Under the pieces are notes generated by a model, which saw only the letters and a program-made list of their open reading frames with translations, searched no databases and was not told the DNA's origin. From Promethearchaeota archaeon (GTDB lineage Archaea; Asgardarchaeota; Lokiarchaeia; Sigyniarchaeales; SOKP01), in the NCBI GenBank assembly GCA_048937405.1, contig JBHLNF010000001.1, positions 976,785 to 1,040,784 on the forward strand: a stretch of 64,000 nucleotides of DNA, read 5' to 3'. Shown in pieces: positions 20,470 to 29,870 of the stretch. How positions within the stretch are numbered: position 1 is the first letter of the stretch; each line of letters starts with the position of its first letter. The position numbers and the translations under genes were made by a program.

Positions 20470-20701
20470 ATGATTATACCTATTCGCTGTTTTTCATGTG
20501 GTAAGCTCATAGCTCATGTCTATAAACCTTACCTTGAGATGATAGAAAAAGGAGAGCCTTCTGAAAAGGCTTTTAAAGAGTTAGGAATCGAGCGATTCTG
20601 TTGTAAACGCATGATCGTAAATTAGTAAGCATTTAAGCTTTCTAAGCGTATGTCATGTGGACCTAATAGATGAACTCCTTAAATTTCCGAGATTGCAATG
20701 A
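20470..20701 (+). CDS. rpo10: DNA-directed RNA polymerase subunit Rpo10 (N), split: exon 1 20470-20620, exon 2 20652-20701 (66 aa spliced)
   Basis: manual translation MIIPIRCFSCGKLIAHVYKPYLEMIEKGEPSEKAFKELGIERFCCKRMIV+SHVDLIDELLKFPRLQ; RCFxCG and CCxRM zinc ligands; missing from the ORF track. Confidence 0.95.
20621..20651 (+). other. putative 31-nt bulge-helix-bulge (tRNA-endonuclease-type) intron in rpo10 mRNA
   Basis: exon stem CGCAUGA/UCAUGUG, central helix UCGU/GCGU, 3-nt bulges AAA and AUG, intron hairpin UUAG-U-AAGC/GCUU-U-CUAA; canonical cuts restore the frame and SHVDLID. Confidence 0.85.
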
Positions 20702-20724
20702 ACATACACATCTAATAACAAAAT

Positions 20725-22010
20725 TTAAGAGAAATGATCTAAATATTTTCTTTTGAATTTTATAATCTTTCTATTAAAATTTAGATCCCAAATCTTATTT
20801 TCTACTCTCTTCCAATATGAATGTGGCAGTGTTTCAACACTAAATTCATCACATAATCTCTTAAAAAGATCAAAACTAACACCAAAAAACTCGGCTAATT
20901 TAGTTCTAGGTCCAAGATTAATCAACTCATCTATGATATCTTTTTTCCCTATTTTTTCACGAAGAACTTCATAAGTATATCTCCCTCCCTTCATTGGATA
21001 AAATACTCTTTTTCTTTCCATACTGAATTCAAATGATTCCATCATAAAGTTAAATAATATTGGACCGATTCTTAAATACCAATGGTCTTTTATATCACAG
21101 TTTTTTATCCAAACTTTTTCTCTCCCTGCAATTTTCTTATTTTTAACTTCATGTCTTAAATTAAATTCTTCCTTAATTTGCTCAAGAAATTGCTTATTTG
21201 AATTATGAATTATAGGCGCTCCTTCTTCACCATCCCCATCATAAAAGCCGAGTAATACTGACAAAGCCACTTTATACATTAAATTTCTAAAAAAGCCAAC
21301 TCTTAAACATTTTCCTTCTTTAAAATCTAAAAATCCCAATTTTATTAAATCCTTAATCATTGGAATACATCCAATTCTAATTCCATATCTTTCTGGATAT
21401 TCTCCTGATTTTTTTCTTATCCTCCTATCAATTTTATGTTCAATTTTATTTATAACATGTAATTCATTACGAAATCTCTCAATAACCTTGGAATCCCTCT
21501 TTTCTAAAAAAAGGCCAATATGTCCATCCTTAGAAATAAATCCATCAGCAAGTAACAATCCAAAATAATAACCTTTGTTTGTTGTATTAAGTAATTTAAA
21601 GTAATGTTTTTTTAAATTAGGATTATGAAGATGCCATTGCTGTTGTCGATACTCAAGGAGTTGATTTTTTTCAATATAATTATAAATTAATTCTTTACAT
21701 TTTTTAATATCTTTATTGCTCAACTTTTTTGATAAAGATTTGATAAAATCTATTAATTGCTCAACTTTTTTGATAAAGATTTGATAAAATCTATTAATTG
21801 ATCTTTTGAAAATTTAAAATAGGGATTATGCTTTGGACTATTTGAATTCTTTATCCTAAACCGAGTATCTCTTATATATCTAATATGCATACCCAAATAT
21901 TCAGAAAATTTGTCATATGAAAGTATTTTTCTATGTATTTTACTAGTTGATACTAATTCTGATATTTCTTTACGTAGATCTTCTATGAAATCTAATGTAG
22001 AATATTCCAT
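20725..22010 (-). pseudogene. two-motif LAGLIDADG homing-endonuclease-like gene (about 414 aa if intact), frameshifted by a 41-bp duplication
   Basis: YYFGLLLADG and VLLGFYDGDG motifs; ORFs 21753-22010 and 20725-21723 join at ...KKLSN/KDIKK once one repeat copy is removed. Confidence 0.8.
21715..21800. repeat. perfect 41-bp tandem duplication with ATTG microhomology
   Basis: ATTGCTCAACTTTTTTGATAAAGATTTGATAAAATCTATTA at 21715 and 21756, followed by ATTG. Confidence 0.95.
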
Positions 22011-22265
22011 AATTGTCTATGAAAATTGAACTGATATAGGATTTTTAGTTAGAAAATTAGTTATTCCAATATTTATGATAAATGAGAGTGATTGATTATT
22101 AATTTCATCTCTAAAGTGAGACAAAGAATCTTAGATATAATATAGATTTAAAATAGGTTTGAAAAATTAGATAAAAATTCTATAGATTTATTCGATGAAT
22201 TACTTAAATTTCCTCGATTACAATAATATAATTATTTATAAATTAATAGAAGTAATAAGCAAGAG

Positions 22266-22448
22266 TTATTGTTTCCCGTAATGGGCAGTCCATCTCGTTT
22301 TTCTTGCTTTTTTATTATAATCTAACATTGATTTACGGCATTTGTTAGTACAAAAGTTCAAGACTGTACCATCTCTCTTTACAAACATGAGACCTCGGCC
22401 TATAGGAATATCATAACCACAAAAACTACATTTTTTTACCTTTACCAT
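22266..22448 (-). CDS. rpl24e: 50S ribosomal protein L24e (eL24)
   Basis: CSFCG..I..GRG.MFVKRDG.V..FC..KC...RWT. Confidence 0.97.
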   Translation of the reverse strand: MVKVKKCSFCGYDIPIGRGLMFVKRDGTVLNFCTNKCRKSMLDYNKKARKTRWTAHYGKQ

Positions 22449-22477
22449 TAGTAACACATATAAAAATTGTTTAAACT

Positions 22478-22876
22478 CTATTCCTTCTTAAATATTTCAG
22501 CTTCTCCGTATTTTACAACTTTTAAGTTTATTAAAGTCATATCATGAGTAATTTCGTTTCCTCGAACGGTTTTTCTCCTTTTCTGTCCTTTTCTCTGAGG
22601 TTTATATCCACTACTTCTTTTTGAGACTAGTATTTTCTTTTTGACTGGTCCATGAACGCTCTTTCTCATTGGAAAACCACTAGAATCACTTCCACCCATG
22701 ATTTGAAATTCATAATTTGCGAATCCTATCAGACCTCCCTTTATAATATCTCCAATTTTCATTCCTTCAAATCGAAATTTCTTCTCATCAATCTCAATAA
22801 GTTTGGATAATCCTTTTCCAGGACCCTCTTTTCCACCACTAATATTTAGTTTGTATACTATTTTTTCTGAGGACAC
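22478..22876 (-). CDS. rps6e: 30S ribosomal protein S6e (eS6)
   Basis: I.GGSDSSGFPMR and G...RKTVRGN motifs. Confidence 0.96.
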   Translation of the reverse strand: MSSEKIVYKLNISGGKEGPGKGLSKLIEIDEKKFRFEGMKIGDIIKGGLIGFANYEFQIMGGSDSSGFPMRKSVHGPVKKKILVSKRSSGYKPQRKGQKRRKTVRGNEITHDMTLINLKVVKYGEAEIFKKE

Positions 22877-23049
22877 GATGCATCAATATCGAACTTAAAA
22901 ACGCAAGATTAACTTCTAAAATACATATTTTCATAAAAATTTTATGAAAAAGTAATATTTTGAATTAATTCCTATAAAATAAAGATAATGAAATTTATTT
23001 TAATGAATTACCTATTGTAATTATACAAGAAATTAATAGATATTCCTAT

Positions 23050-23844
23050 ATGCAAATATTTGAAGTTGTGGAATTATCAGAATTCCCTTACATGGAAACA
23101 CGGGAAGTTAATCAAGGACAGGTAGTTAGTGATATCTTAAATGATAATAGTATTGAAAGAGTCTATATACTGGTAGATCATGATACTAAACGAATTTGGA
23201 CATTTAATGGTTCAAAAAGTTCTTTTAAAACACAAATATATGGAGGAATTTTAGCTGGTAAGCTACGGCAACAATTAAAGTTATTTTATCGAGTTTATTC
23301 ATTAAATATGTATTCAAAAGATGATCAAGAATACAAAGAAATATTGGAAAAATCAATTGGAGGAGGTAGAGCTAAAACTATTGAAAAAAAAGATTTTCCA
23401 AAACCAACTCCTGATAATTACGTTGTAAATATTTCAGTTTCAAATCCAAAAATTAATACTGCCCTAGAATACATAAATCAATTTCCACATCCAGAAGGTC
23501 TTATCCGAAGATTTATGATAATAGGTGGAATTATTTATACAGATGAAGAAATTACGGAATTTTTTGTTAAAGAAGAAAAAATTATTATTAAGCCTGCAAA
23601 ATTAGGCCGATTAAACACAGGTTTTACATTCTTTCAAGATCATAAATATTCGACTCGATTAATTATTAAAGAACGAACTATTCAAGGACTTGAATTGTTT
23701 ATTGATGAAGAAGATAAATCTCCATCTTTAAAAATAGAAATACCTCTAATACATGAGGAAAAATACAGTAATTCTGGATCTATGAAATCATTAATAGAAG
23801 CATTTCAAATCCCAGAAAAATTGGTTCAAGAAAACAAAAAATAA
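23050..23844 (+). CDS. divergent gelsolin-like domain protein
   Basis: L....VYILVDH...IWTFNG.KSS pattern typical of gelsolin repeats. Confidence 0.55.
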   Translation: MQIFEVVELSEFPYMETREVNQGQVVSDILNDNSIERVYILVDHDTKRIWTFNGSKSSFKTQIYGGILAGKLRQQLKLFYRVYSLNMYSKDDQEYKEILEKSIGGGRAKTIEKKDFPKPTPDNYVVNISVSNPKINTALEYINQFPHPEGLIRRFMIIGGIIYTDEEITEFFVKEEKIIIKPAKLGRLNTGFTFFQDHKYSTRLIIKERTIQGLELFIDEEDKSPSLKIEIPLIHEEKYSNSGSMKSLIEAFQIPEKLVQENKK

Positions 23845-23875
23845 ATAATGAATAAGTTCGAAATATCATTTAAAG

Positions 23876-25222
23876 ATGATTCTGCTAATTAATCCTAGAA
23901 CTTCTAAGCCTTCAGAAACGCGTTCAAGGTTTTTTAGGGAACCTAATTTAGGATTATTGTATTTAGCTTCAATTTTGGATTTAAATGATATTCCTGTTGA
24001 AATTTTAGATCTTGAACAATTTATAGATTTGAATGATCATCAATTGGAAAATGTGATTCGTAAAAAAATAATTGATTTTAAAATTTTTGGCATAACTTCT
24101 CTGACAAATACTTTCAATTTTGCTATAAAAATTGCTAGAATAATAAAAAATTATGATAGAAATAATTATGTTGTTTTAGGTGGACCTCATGTTTCATTTA
24201 CCTTTGAAGAAATCCTAAAGAATGATAAAAAAACAGAACAACTCATTGATTTTATTTGTATTGGAGAATCAGAGATTTCATTCATAAAGTTGGTTAAATA
24301 TTTATTAACTCAAATTTTAAATAAAAAAAGTATGACATATCATGAAGAACACTTAAAAAATATTAATGGAATTGCATATATTGATTCGAATGGAGAGATT
24401 TGTGTTAATAGGACTACTGATGAAATAGATTTAGAGAGCTTACCTTTACCTGCTCGTTATAAATTATCTCAAGAAAGTTATTATTATACTGTGGCAAATG
24501 TAATTGTTAATCGTGGATGTCCCAATCAATGTTCATTCTGTTCAAGACAAAATTTATTTAAAAAAACTCGAATCAGAACAATAAAATCACTCTTAGAGGA
24601 AATAAGAGATATTCAATCGTTACAGACATACTCTCATATCAATTTTTATGATAACATAAATATCAATAAAGAATTTTTTAGAAGTTTTTGCAAGATGTTT
24701 ATTGAAAATAATATTACAATTGCTTGGGGATGTGAACTACGCGTTGATACAATTGGACCTGAAGATGCCCGTTTACTTAAGGAAGCAGGTTGCCAACTAA
24801 TAGCAACTGGGATTGAATCAGCAAATGAAAGAGTCCTTAGGACTAATTTTAAATACCAAGATCCAGAAAAGGTTAAATCTGGAATTTTAAATCTGAAGAA
24901 ATATAATATAGCAGTTCAAGCTTATTTTGTATTAGGATTACCTAGTGAAACTGAACACAGTTTTTCTCAAACAATTAATTTTATAAAATCACTTCCGTTC
25001 GATAAGAACGATGATATAAATTATTTTGTAGCAACTCCTTACCCTGGGTCTCGTTTGTGGGAAGAGCAAGAACAATTTGATATAAAAATATTTGAAGATG
25101 ATTTTAATAAATATGATTGTAATCATATTATCTTTACAACTATGGAATTGGATAGAAAAAAATTAGAATATTTATATTTGAAAGCAAAAAAAATAGAAAT
25201 GCAATATCATCGTTCCAGTTAA
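23876..25222 (+). CDS. B12-binding domain radical SAM protein
   Basis: LGLLYLAS, LGGPH, RGCPNQCSFC, GIES and TPYPGS motifs. Confidence 0.95.
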   Translation: MILLINPRTSKPSETRSRFFREPNLGLLYLASILDLNDIPVEILDLEQFIDLNDHQLENVIRKKIIDFKIFGITSLTNTFNFAIKIARIIKNYDRNNYVVLGGPHVSFTFEEILKNDKKTEQLIDFICIGESEISFIKLVKYLLTQILNKKSMTYHEEHLKNINGIAYIDSNGEICVNRTTDEIDLESLPLPARYKLSQESYYYTVANVIVNRGCPNQCSFCSRQNLFKKTRIRTIKSLLEEIRDIQSLQTYSHINFYDNININKEFFRSFCKMFIENNITIAWGCELRVDTIGPEDARLLKEAGCQLIATGIESANERVLRTNFKYQDPEKVKSGILNLKKYNIAVQAYFVLGLPSETEHSFSQTINFIKSLPFDKNDDINYFVATPYPGSRLWEEQEQFDIKIFEDDFNKYDCNHIIFTTMELDRKKLEYLYLKAKKIEMQYHRSS

Positions 25223-25254
25223 TAAACTATATTAATACATAAAGGAATTTATCA

Positions 25255-25581
25255 ATGCCAAGTGATTTTACAGAAAGAATTATTAAAATAATTAAAAATA
25301 TACCAAAAGGAAAGATTCTTACATATGGATTTATTGCTAAAATGGCAGGAAACCCAAAAGCAGCTAGGCAAGTTTCTTGGATCTTACATTCTTCAAGTAA
25401 AAAGTATAATCTTCCATGGCATCGTGTAATTAGTTCCAAGGGAATAATATCATTGAAATCATTTGAAGATCGAACATACCAAAAAAACTTATTAGAAAAA
25501 GAAGGAATTATAGTTACAGATCAATTTCGAGTTGATCTTAAAAAATATCTCTGGAAAATTGATTCTATTAAAAAAATTTAA
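25255..25581 (+). CDS. alkyltransferase-like (ATL/MGMT family) DNA-binding protein
   Basis: IPKG...TYG.IA...G.P.AARQV; PWHRV (Trp replaces the catalytic Cys). Confidence 0.92.
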   Translation: MPSDFTERIIKIIKNIPKGKILTYGFIAKMAGNPKAARQVSWILHSSSKKYNLPWHRVISSKGIISLKSFEDRTYQKNLLEKEGIIVTDQFRVDLKKYLWKIDSIKKI

Positions 25582-25803
25582 CTCTCATTTTTGATAAAAG
25601 TAATTCCTTAGATATTAATACTTCACATATAGTTCAAAATTCTCAATTTTGATTTTATTTTCACTCTAAAGATATGAATTTGGTTTAATATTGACTTTTT
25701 TTTATAATATTTAATTAAATTGTCAAATAATATTTAAACATCATAAAATTTGATTTTTAATTCTATGATATAATATTTTATCAAAAATAGAAATTAACGA
25801 ATT

Positions 25804-26664
25804 ATGATGTCTGAAAATAACTCTAATTCTTGGATTAAAAAATTAATTATTCTAGGTGTATTCATCTATGTTATTTTCTTAACAGCAGGATTAGATTGGG
25901 CAGCAGAACACTCGGGAGTAGGAATAACTACACGATTTTTATGGCTAATTGGTTTAATAAGCCTAGGATTAATATTACCTGTTGGATTCATGTATCTTGC
26001 TGGTGATAAGGAAATTGAAAGAGAAGAATCTGATAAGAAATGGTTCATAATAGCTATTATTTTATTCTTGGTTGGGAATGGAATTCCAATTGTTTTTTAT
26101 TTAATACTCGAAATTTCACCAGGATTTTTCTTATATGTGCAATTAATATTGTTTGGATTAGTTCCCACTTTTTTCATTCAACCAAAAAAGTCAAAATACA
26201 GAATTCTAATCCTAATCATTCTTTTTACTATGATAATAATTCCTTTAGGAATTCTTGTAAACTTCACCATTAATGATCTATGGTATGCGGGAGTAACTGA
26301 TAAAACTATGTATTATTTATCCTTCTGGGGGCTTTTAATGACATTTTTTTATCTTATTATTGCTATTGGTTGGAAATTGGGTGGTGGTTCAAAAAGACAA
26401 AGTTGGAATATCTTTGTCGCAGGAACACTTTTACAGTTCAGTACTCTTGAAGATTTTTTATACTTTTTCACAAATGGAGAACCTCTTCCAGGACCACCGA
26501 ATCATTGGTATTGGATGGAAAACTTTGTTATTAATTTAAAAGCTTTATTTGGTCATAATCCAACCAGTTTTGATCTATTGATTTTCTGTTTGATAATATC
26601 ATCAATAGCTATATTCATTCTCTTTGATGTACATGGTTATATCTGGAAAAAAATTAAATCATAA
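25804..26664 (+). CDS. polytopic membrane protein, unknown function
   Basis: about 8 TM segments; LEDFLYF motif. Confidence 0.8.
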   Translation: MMSENNSNSWIKKLIILGVFIYVIFLTAGLDWAAEHSGVGITTRFLWLIGLISLGLILPVGFMYLAGDKEIEREESDKKWFIIAIILFLVGNGIPIVFYLILEISPGFFLYVQLILFGLVPTFFIQPKKSKYRILILIILFTMIIIPLGILVNFTINDLWYAGVTDKTMYYLSFWGLLMTFFYLIIAIGWKLGGGSKRQSWNIFVAGTLLQFSTLEDFLYFFTNGEPLPGPPNHWYWMENFVINLKALFGHNPTSFDLLIFCLIISSIAIFILFDVHGYIWKKIKS

Positions 26665-26942
26665 ATCTCAAAAAGTAACCTTTTTTTTTAATATTTTAAG
26701 GAATCAGAATTTCTTTTAAATAAAAAAAAGTTATTGAACCCAAAAAGATAATATATTACTTATATCTTTCTTATGTCATTAAGAATTATGTTTATTGATA
26801 AAGAAATTCAATTAATAAATAATTATATTAATAGAAGAATAACTCTAGATAATTGGAGATAATATTATCTCAAACATATACTATTATAAATAAAAAATAT
26901 CTACAAATTAATCAATTAATTAAGAAGTAGAAGATACAAATT

Positions 26943-28244
26943 ATGCCAAAAAGTGAGTATTATATCGGAGAAGCTTTAGTTGGAGATTCAAGTGACCCAA
27001 ATTTGGCACACATTGATTTAATAATTGGGTCTAAAGATGGACCTGTTGGGGTTTCATTTGCAAATGCACTTAGCACGCCTTCTAAGGGGCATGGTGGATT
27101 GTTAGCAGGAATTCGACCAAATCTACTTGCTAAGCCAGTATCGCTTATTGTACCTAAGGTTACACTCGCTAAAATGGAGGATGCGAGCAAAATTTTTGGT
27201 CCTGCTCAAGCAGCAGTTGCTAAAGGTATTGCGGATGCTGTGGAAGAAGGAATTATACCAATGAATAAAATAGAGGATTGGTTGATAATTGCTAGTGTGT
27301 ACATACATCCTGAAGCCAAGGATTATAGAAAAATCTATCAGTATAATTATGGTGCTACAAAATTAGCAATTCAGAGAGCTCTAAGAAAATATCCTCCTAT
27401 AGAAAAGATATTTTATGATAAAGATCGAGCAAAACATCCAGTAGCAGGGATAAGAGTACCCAGACTTTGGCGTCCACCCTATATACAAGTTGCATTAGAT
27501 CATCCCGCATTAGAAAAGCAAATAAAGGTAGTAAAGGAATTACCAAAAAGTGACCGAATTATATTAGAAGTAGGTACTCCATTTCTTAAGAAGTATGGTG
27601 TTGAATCAATCAAGCAAATTCGAGAAGTCGCAAAAGATAAATTTATCGTAGCTGATTTAAAGACCTTAGATGTTGGCAAATTGGAGGTTGATTTTGCATT
27701 TGACGCAACTGCTGATGCAGTGGTAGCAAGCGGTTTAGCTGCAACAGCATCTCTGGATAAATTTATATTAGAAGCACAGAGACTAGGGATTCATGCTTTC
27801 GTCGACACAATGGAAGTTACAAATCCTATTGAGAAATTAAGCTCTTTAAAGCAAACGCCAGATGTGGTTATAATTCATAGAGCTATTGATGTTGAACAAT
27901 CTGCAGCTGGAGGTCAATCACCTGATGCTTCTCAAAAAGCAAGGTGGGCATTAGTTCCAAAAATCAAAGAATTATATCATAGTCAAAAGAAAGCTTCAGG
28001 AAGAGATAGAGTGTTAGTTGCAGTTGCAGGAGGTATCGAACCAAGTACAGCAACATATGCTATACAGCAGGGAGCAGATATTCTGATAGTAGGTAGATTT
28101 ATAGCGAGTGCAAAAGATGTTGAATTTGCTATGAGAAGAATGCTTGGAGTTCTTCCTGGATATCAAGATATCGATCTTAAAAGAATTCACTCTGAAGATG
28201 ATGATAACTCTATTGAAAAGTCAGGAGGCCCTAAATGGGACTAA
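26943..28244 (+). CDS. fae-hps: bifunctional formaldehyde-activating enzyme / 3-hexulose-6-phosphate synthase
   Basis: GEALVG, AHIDL, FGPAQAAVA and YNYGATK (Fae); QVALD, EVGTP, DLKTLD and VAGGI (Hps). Confidence 0.95.
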   Translation: MPKSEYYIGEALVGDSSDPNLAHIDLIIGSKDGPVGVSFANALSTPSKGHGGLLAGIRPNLLAKPVSLIVPKVTLAKMEDASKIFGPAQAAVAKGIADAVEEGIIPMNKIEDWLIIASVYIHPEAKDYRKIYQYNYGATKLAIQRALRKYPPIEKIFYDKDRAKHPVAGIRVPRLWRPPYIQVALDHPALEKQIKVVKELPKSDRIILEVGTPFLKKYGVESIKQIREVAKDKFIVADLKTLDVGKLEVDFAFDATADAVVASGLAATASLDKFILEAQRLGIHAFVDTMEVTNPIEKLSSLKQTPDVVIIHRAIDVEQSAAGGQSPDASQKARWALVPKIKELYHSQKKASGRDRVLVAVAGGIEPSTATYAIQQGADILIVGRFIASAKDVEFAMRRMLGVLPGYQDIDLKRIHSEDDDNSIEKSGGPKWD

Positions 28245-28316
28245 TCTAATTTTTTTAACTCTCATTATTATCAAAATAGTTCAATTTATTCTCTTAAATC
28301 TGAAGATATCCAAATT

Positions 28317-29567
28317 TTAAATTTGTTCTAATCTGAAAATTTTATCATTCTTTTTAACAGGATTATCAACTATTATTCCAACAGCTATTCGATCTTTATT
28401 AGAAGTGACTAATGGAGTTTCGGTTAAATTTTTCTTTTGCTTAATCTGAATGGAGCTAATCTTTTGTCTTAAATATGTATCTGTATGTGTTCCAATAATG
28501 AAAATTTCATCATTTAATTTTAGTTTCCCTGATGTTAGAAGAATTTTAGCAGCATTTTTTTCTGGAAAATAATTTATAACTTTTCCAATCTCAACTTTTT
28601 TATAATTTGAGATATTTCCATCAAATTTCCTTTGTATTTCACTACCTTTTGGTAATCCGAAATAAAAACCAGTAGAAAAACCCCTATTATATACTTTATT
28701 CAAGCGTTTTAACCAATTTTTGACTTTTTCTTGTGTGAAATCATTGTCATAATATGCCTCAATAGCTTCTTTATAACATTTAGTTGTCTCTTCTATATAG
28801 ATTGGATCCCTCATTCGACCTTCGATTTTAAATGCATCTATTTTCGCATTAATTAATTTTGGGATATGTTCGATCATACAAAGATCTTTTGTGTTGATAA
28901 AGAATACTCCATCATACAGTAATTCATTATTTTGATCATCATAAACACGCCATTTTCTTCTACATGGCTGAATGCATTTCCCTCGATTTGCCGAATAATC
29001 TTGAGATTCGCAAATTTCAGCAGAAAAATAGCATCGTCCTGAGATTGAAGTACATTGAGCTCCATGGATAAAAGTTTCAATTTCAATTTTACCTACTTTT
29101 TTTTTAATTTCTTTAATTTGTTCTAATGCTAATTCTCTTGCTAGAATTAATCTCTTAGCTCCAATAGATTCATAGAATAGTGCTGTTTGAGAATTTGAAA
29201 TGTTTGCTTGAGTAGAAATATGAAAATCTAAACCTTTTTCTTTAGTAATTTGAATAGCCCCTATGTCATGAATGATTACAGCATCAATTTCTGACTCTAC
29301 GGCTTTATCTAATATTTGTTCTAAAAGAGGGACCTCATTTTCATAAATTATTATATTAGTCGTCAGATATGCGTTAATATTATGATTATGACATGTTTTG
29401 ACAATATCATTTAGATCTTCTAGTTTAAAATTATCACTAAACATTCTCATATTAAGCGATTCTATGCCAAAATACACAGCATCAGCTTTTCCTAGTACAG
29501 CATTTAAAGATTTATAGTTTTTTAATGGAGCCATTAATTCTACTTTTTTTCTGGAGGGATCTATCAT
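28317..29567 (-). CDS. peptidase U32 family protein (RNA hydroxylation-type)
   Basis: ADAVYFG, HISTQ, LAREL, HGAQCTSISGRC, NRGKCIQPCR and KIEGR motifs. Confidence 0.93.
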   Translation of the reverse strand: MIDPSRKKVELMAPLKNYKSLNAVLGKADAVYFGIESLNMRMFSDNFKLEDLNDIVKTCHNHNINAYLTTNIIIYENEVPLLEQILDKAVESEIDAVIIHDIGAIQITKEKGLDFHISTQANISNSQTALFYESIGAKRLILARELALEQIKEIKKKVGKIEIETFIHGAQCTSISGRCYFSAEICESQDYSANRGKCIQPCRRKWRVYDDQNNELLYDGVFFINTKDLCMIEHIPKLINAKIDAFKIEGRMRDPIYIEETTKCYKEAIEAYYDNDFTQEKVKNWLKRLNKVYNRGFSTGFYFGLPKGSEIQRKFDGNISNYKKVEIGKVINYFPEKNAAKILLTSGKLKLNDEIFIIGTHTDTYLRQKISSIQIKQKKNLTETPLVTSNKDRIAVGIIVDNPVKKNDKIFRLEQI

Positions 29568-29870
29568 TATATTTTTCCGTTTCTAAGGATTTGATTCCAG
29601 ATTTTATTAAATTTAAATAATTTCACATTGACTAAATATCTAACCTGAAAATTAATTTAATTTTTTTTTAAGAAAATTAGATTAATATTTTGGTTGTTTT
29701 TTTGATTTTACACTTCAAATCCAGATAATTTCTTATATCAATAATTTTTTTGTGATATTCGATAAGACATTTGATTTTTTGATTCCTATATTGATTTAAT
29801 GATTGCATAATATTAAATACTAATTTGACCAAAATATACATAATCCATAAATTTGTTTATTTTTAAAAAA

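Noticed and set aside
20470-20701. rpo10 as a simple pseudogene, or the insertion as a transposon footprint (CGTA occurs on both sides)
   Set aside because: Both exons are intact for an essential subunit, and BHB geometry predicts exactly the junction that restores the consensus Ser-His; a footprint would not explain the exon-exon stem and paired bulges. Not fully excluded without RNA data.
21715-21800. CRISPR-like repeat
   Set aside because: Two directly abutting copies with no spacer, inside a coding sequence; no cas genes.
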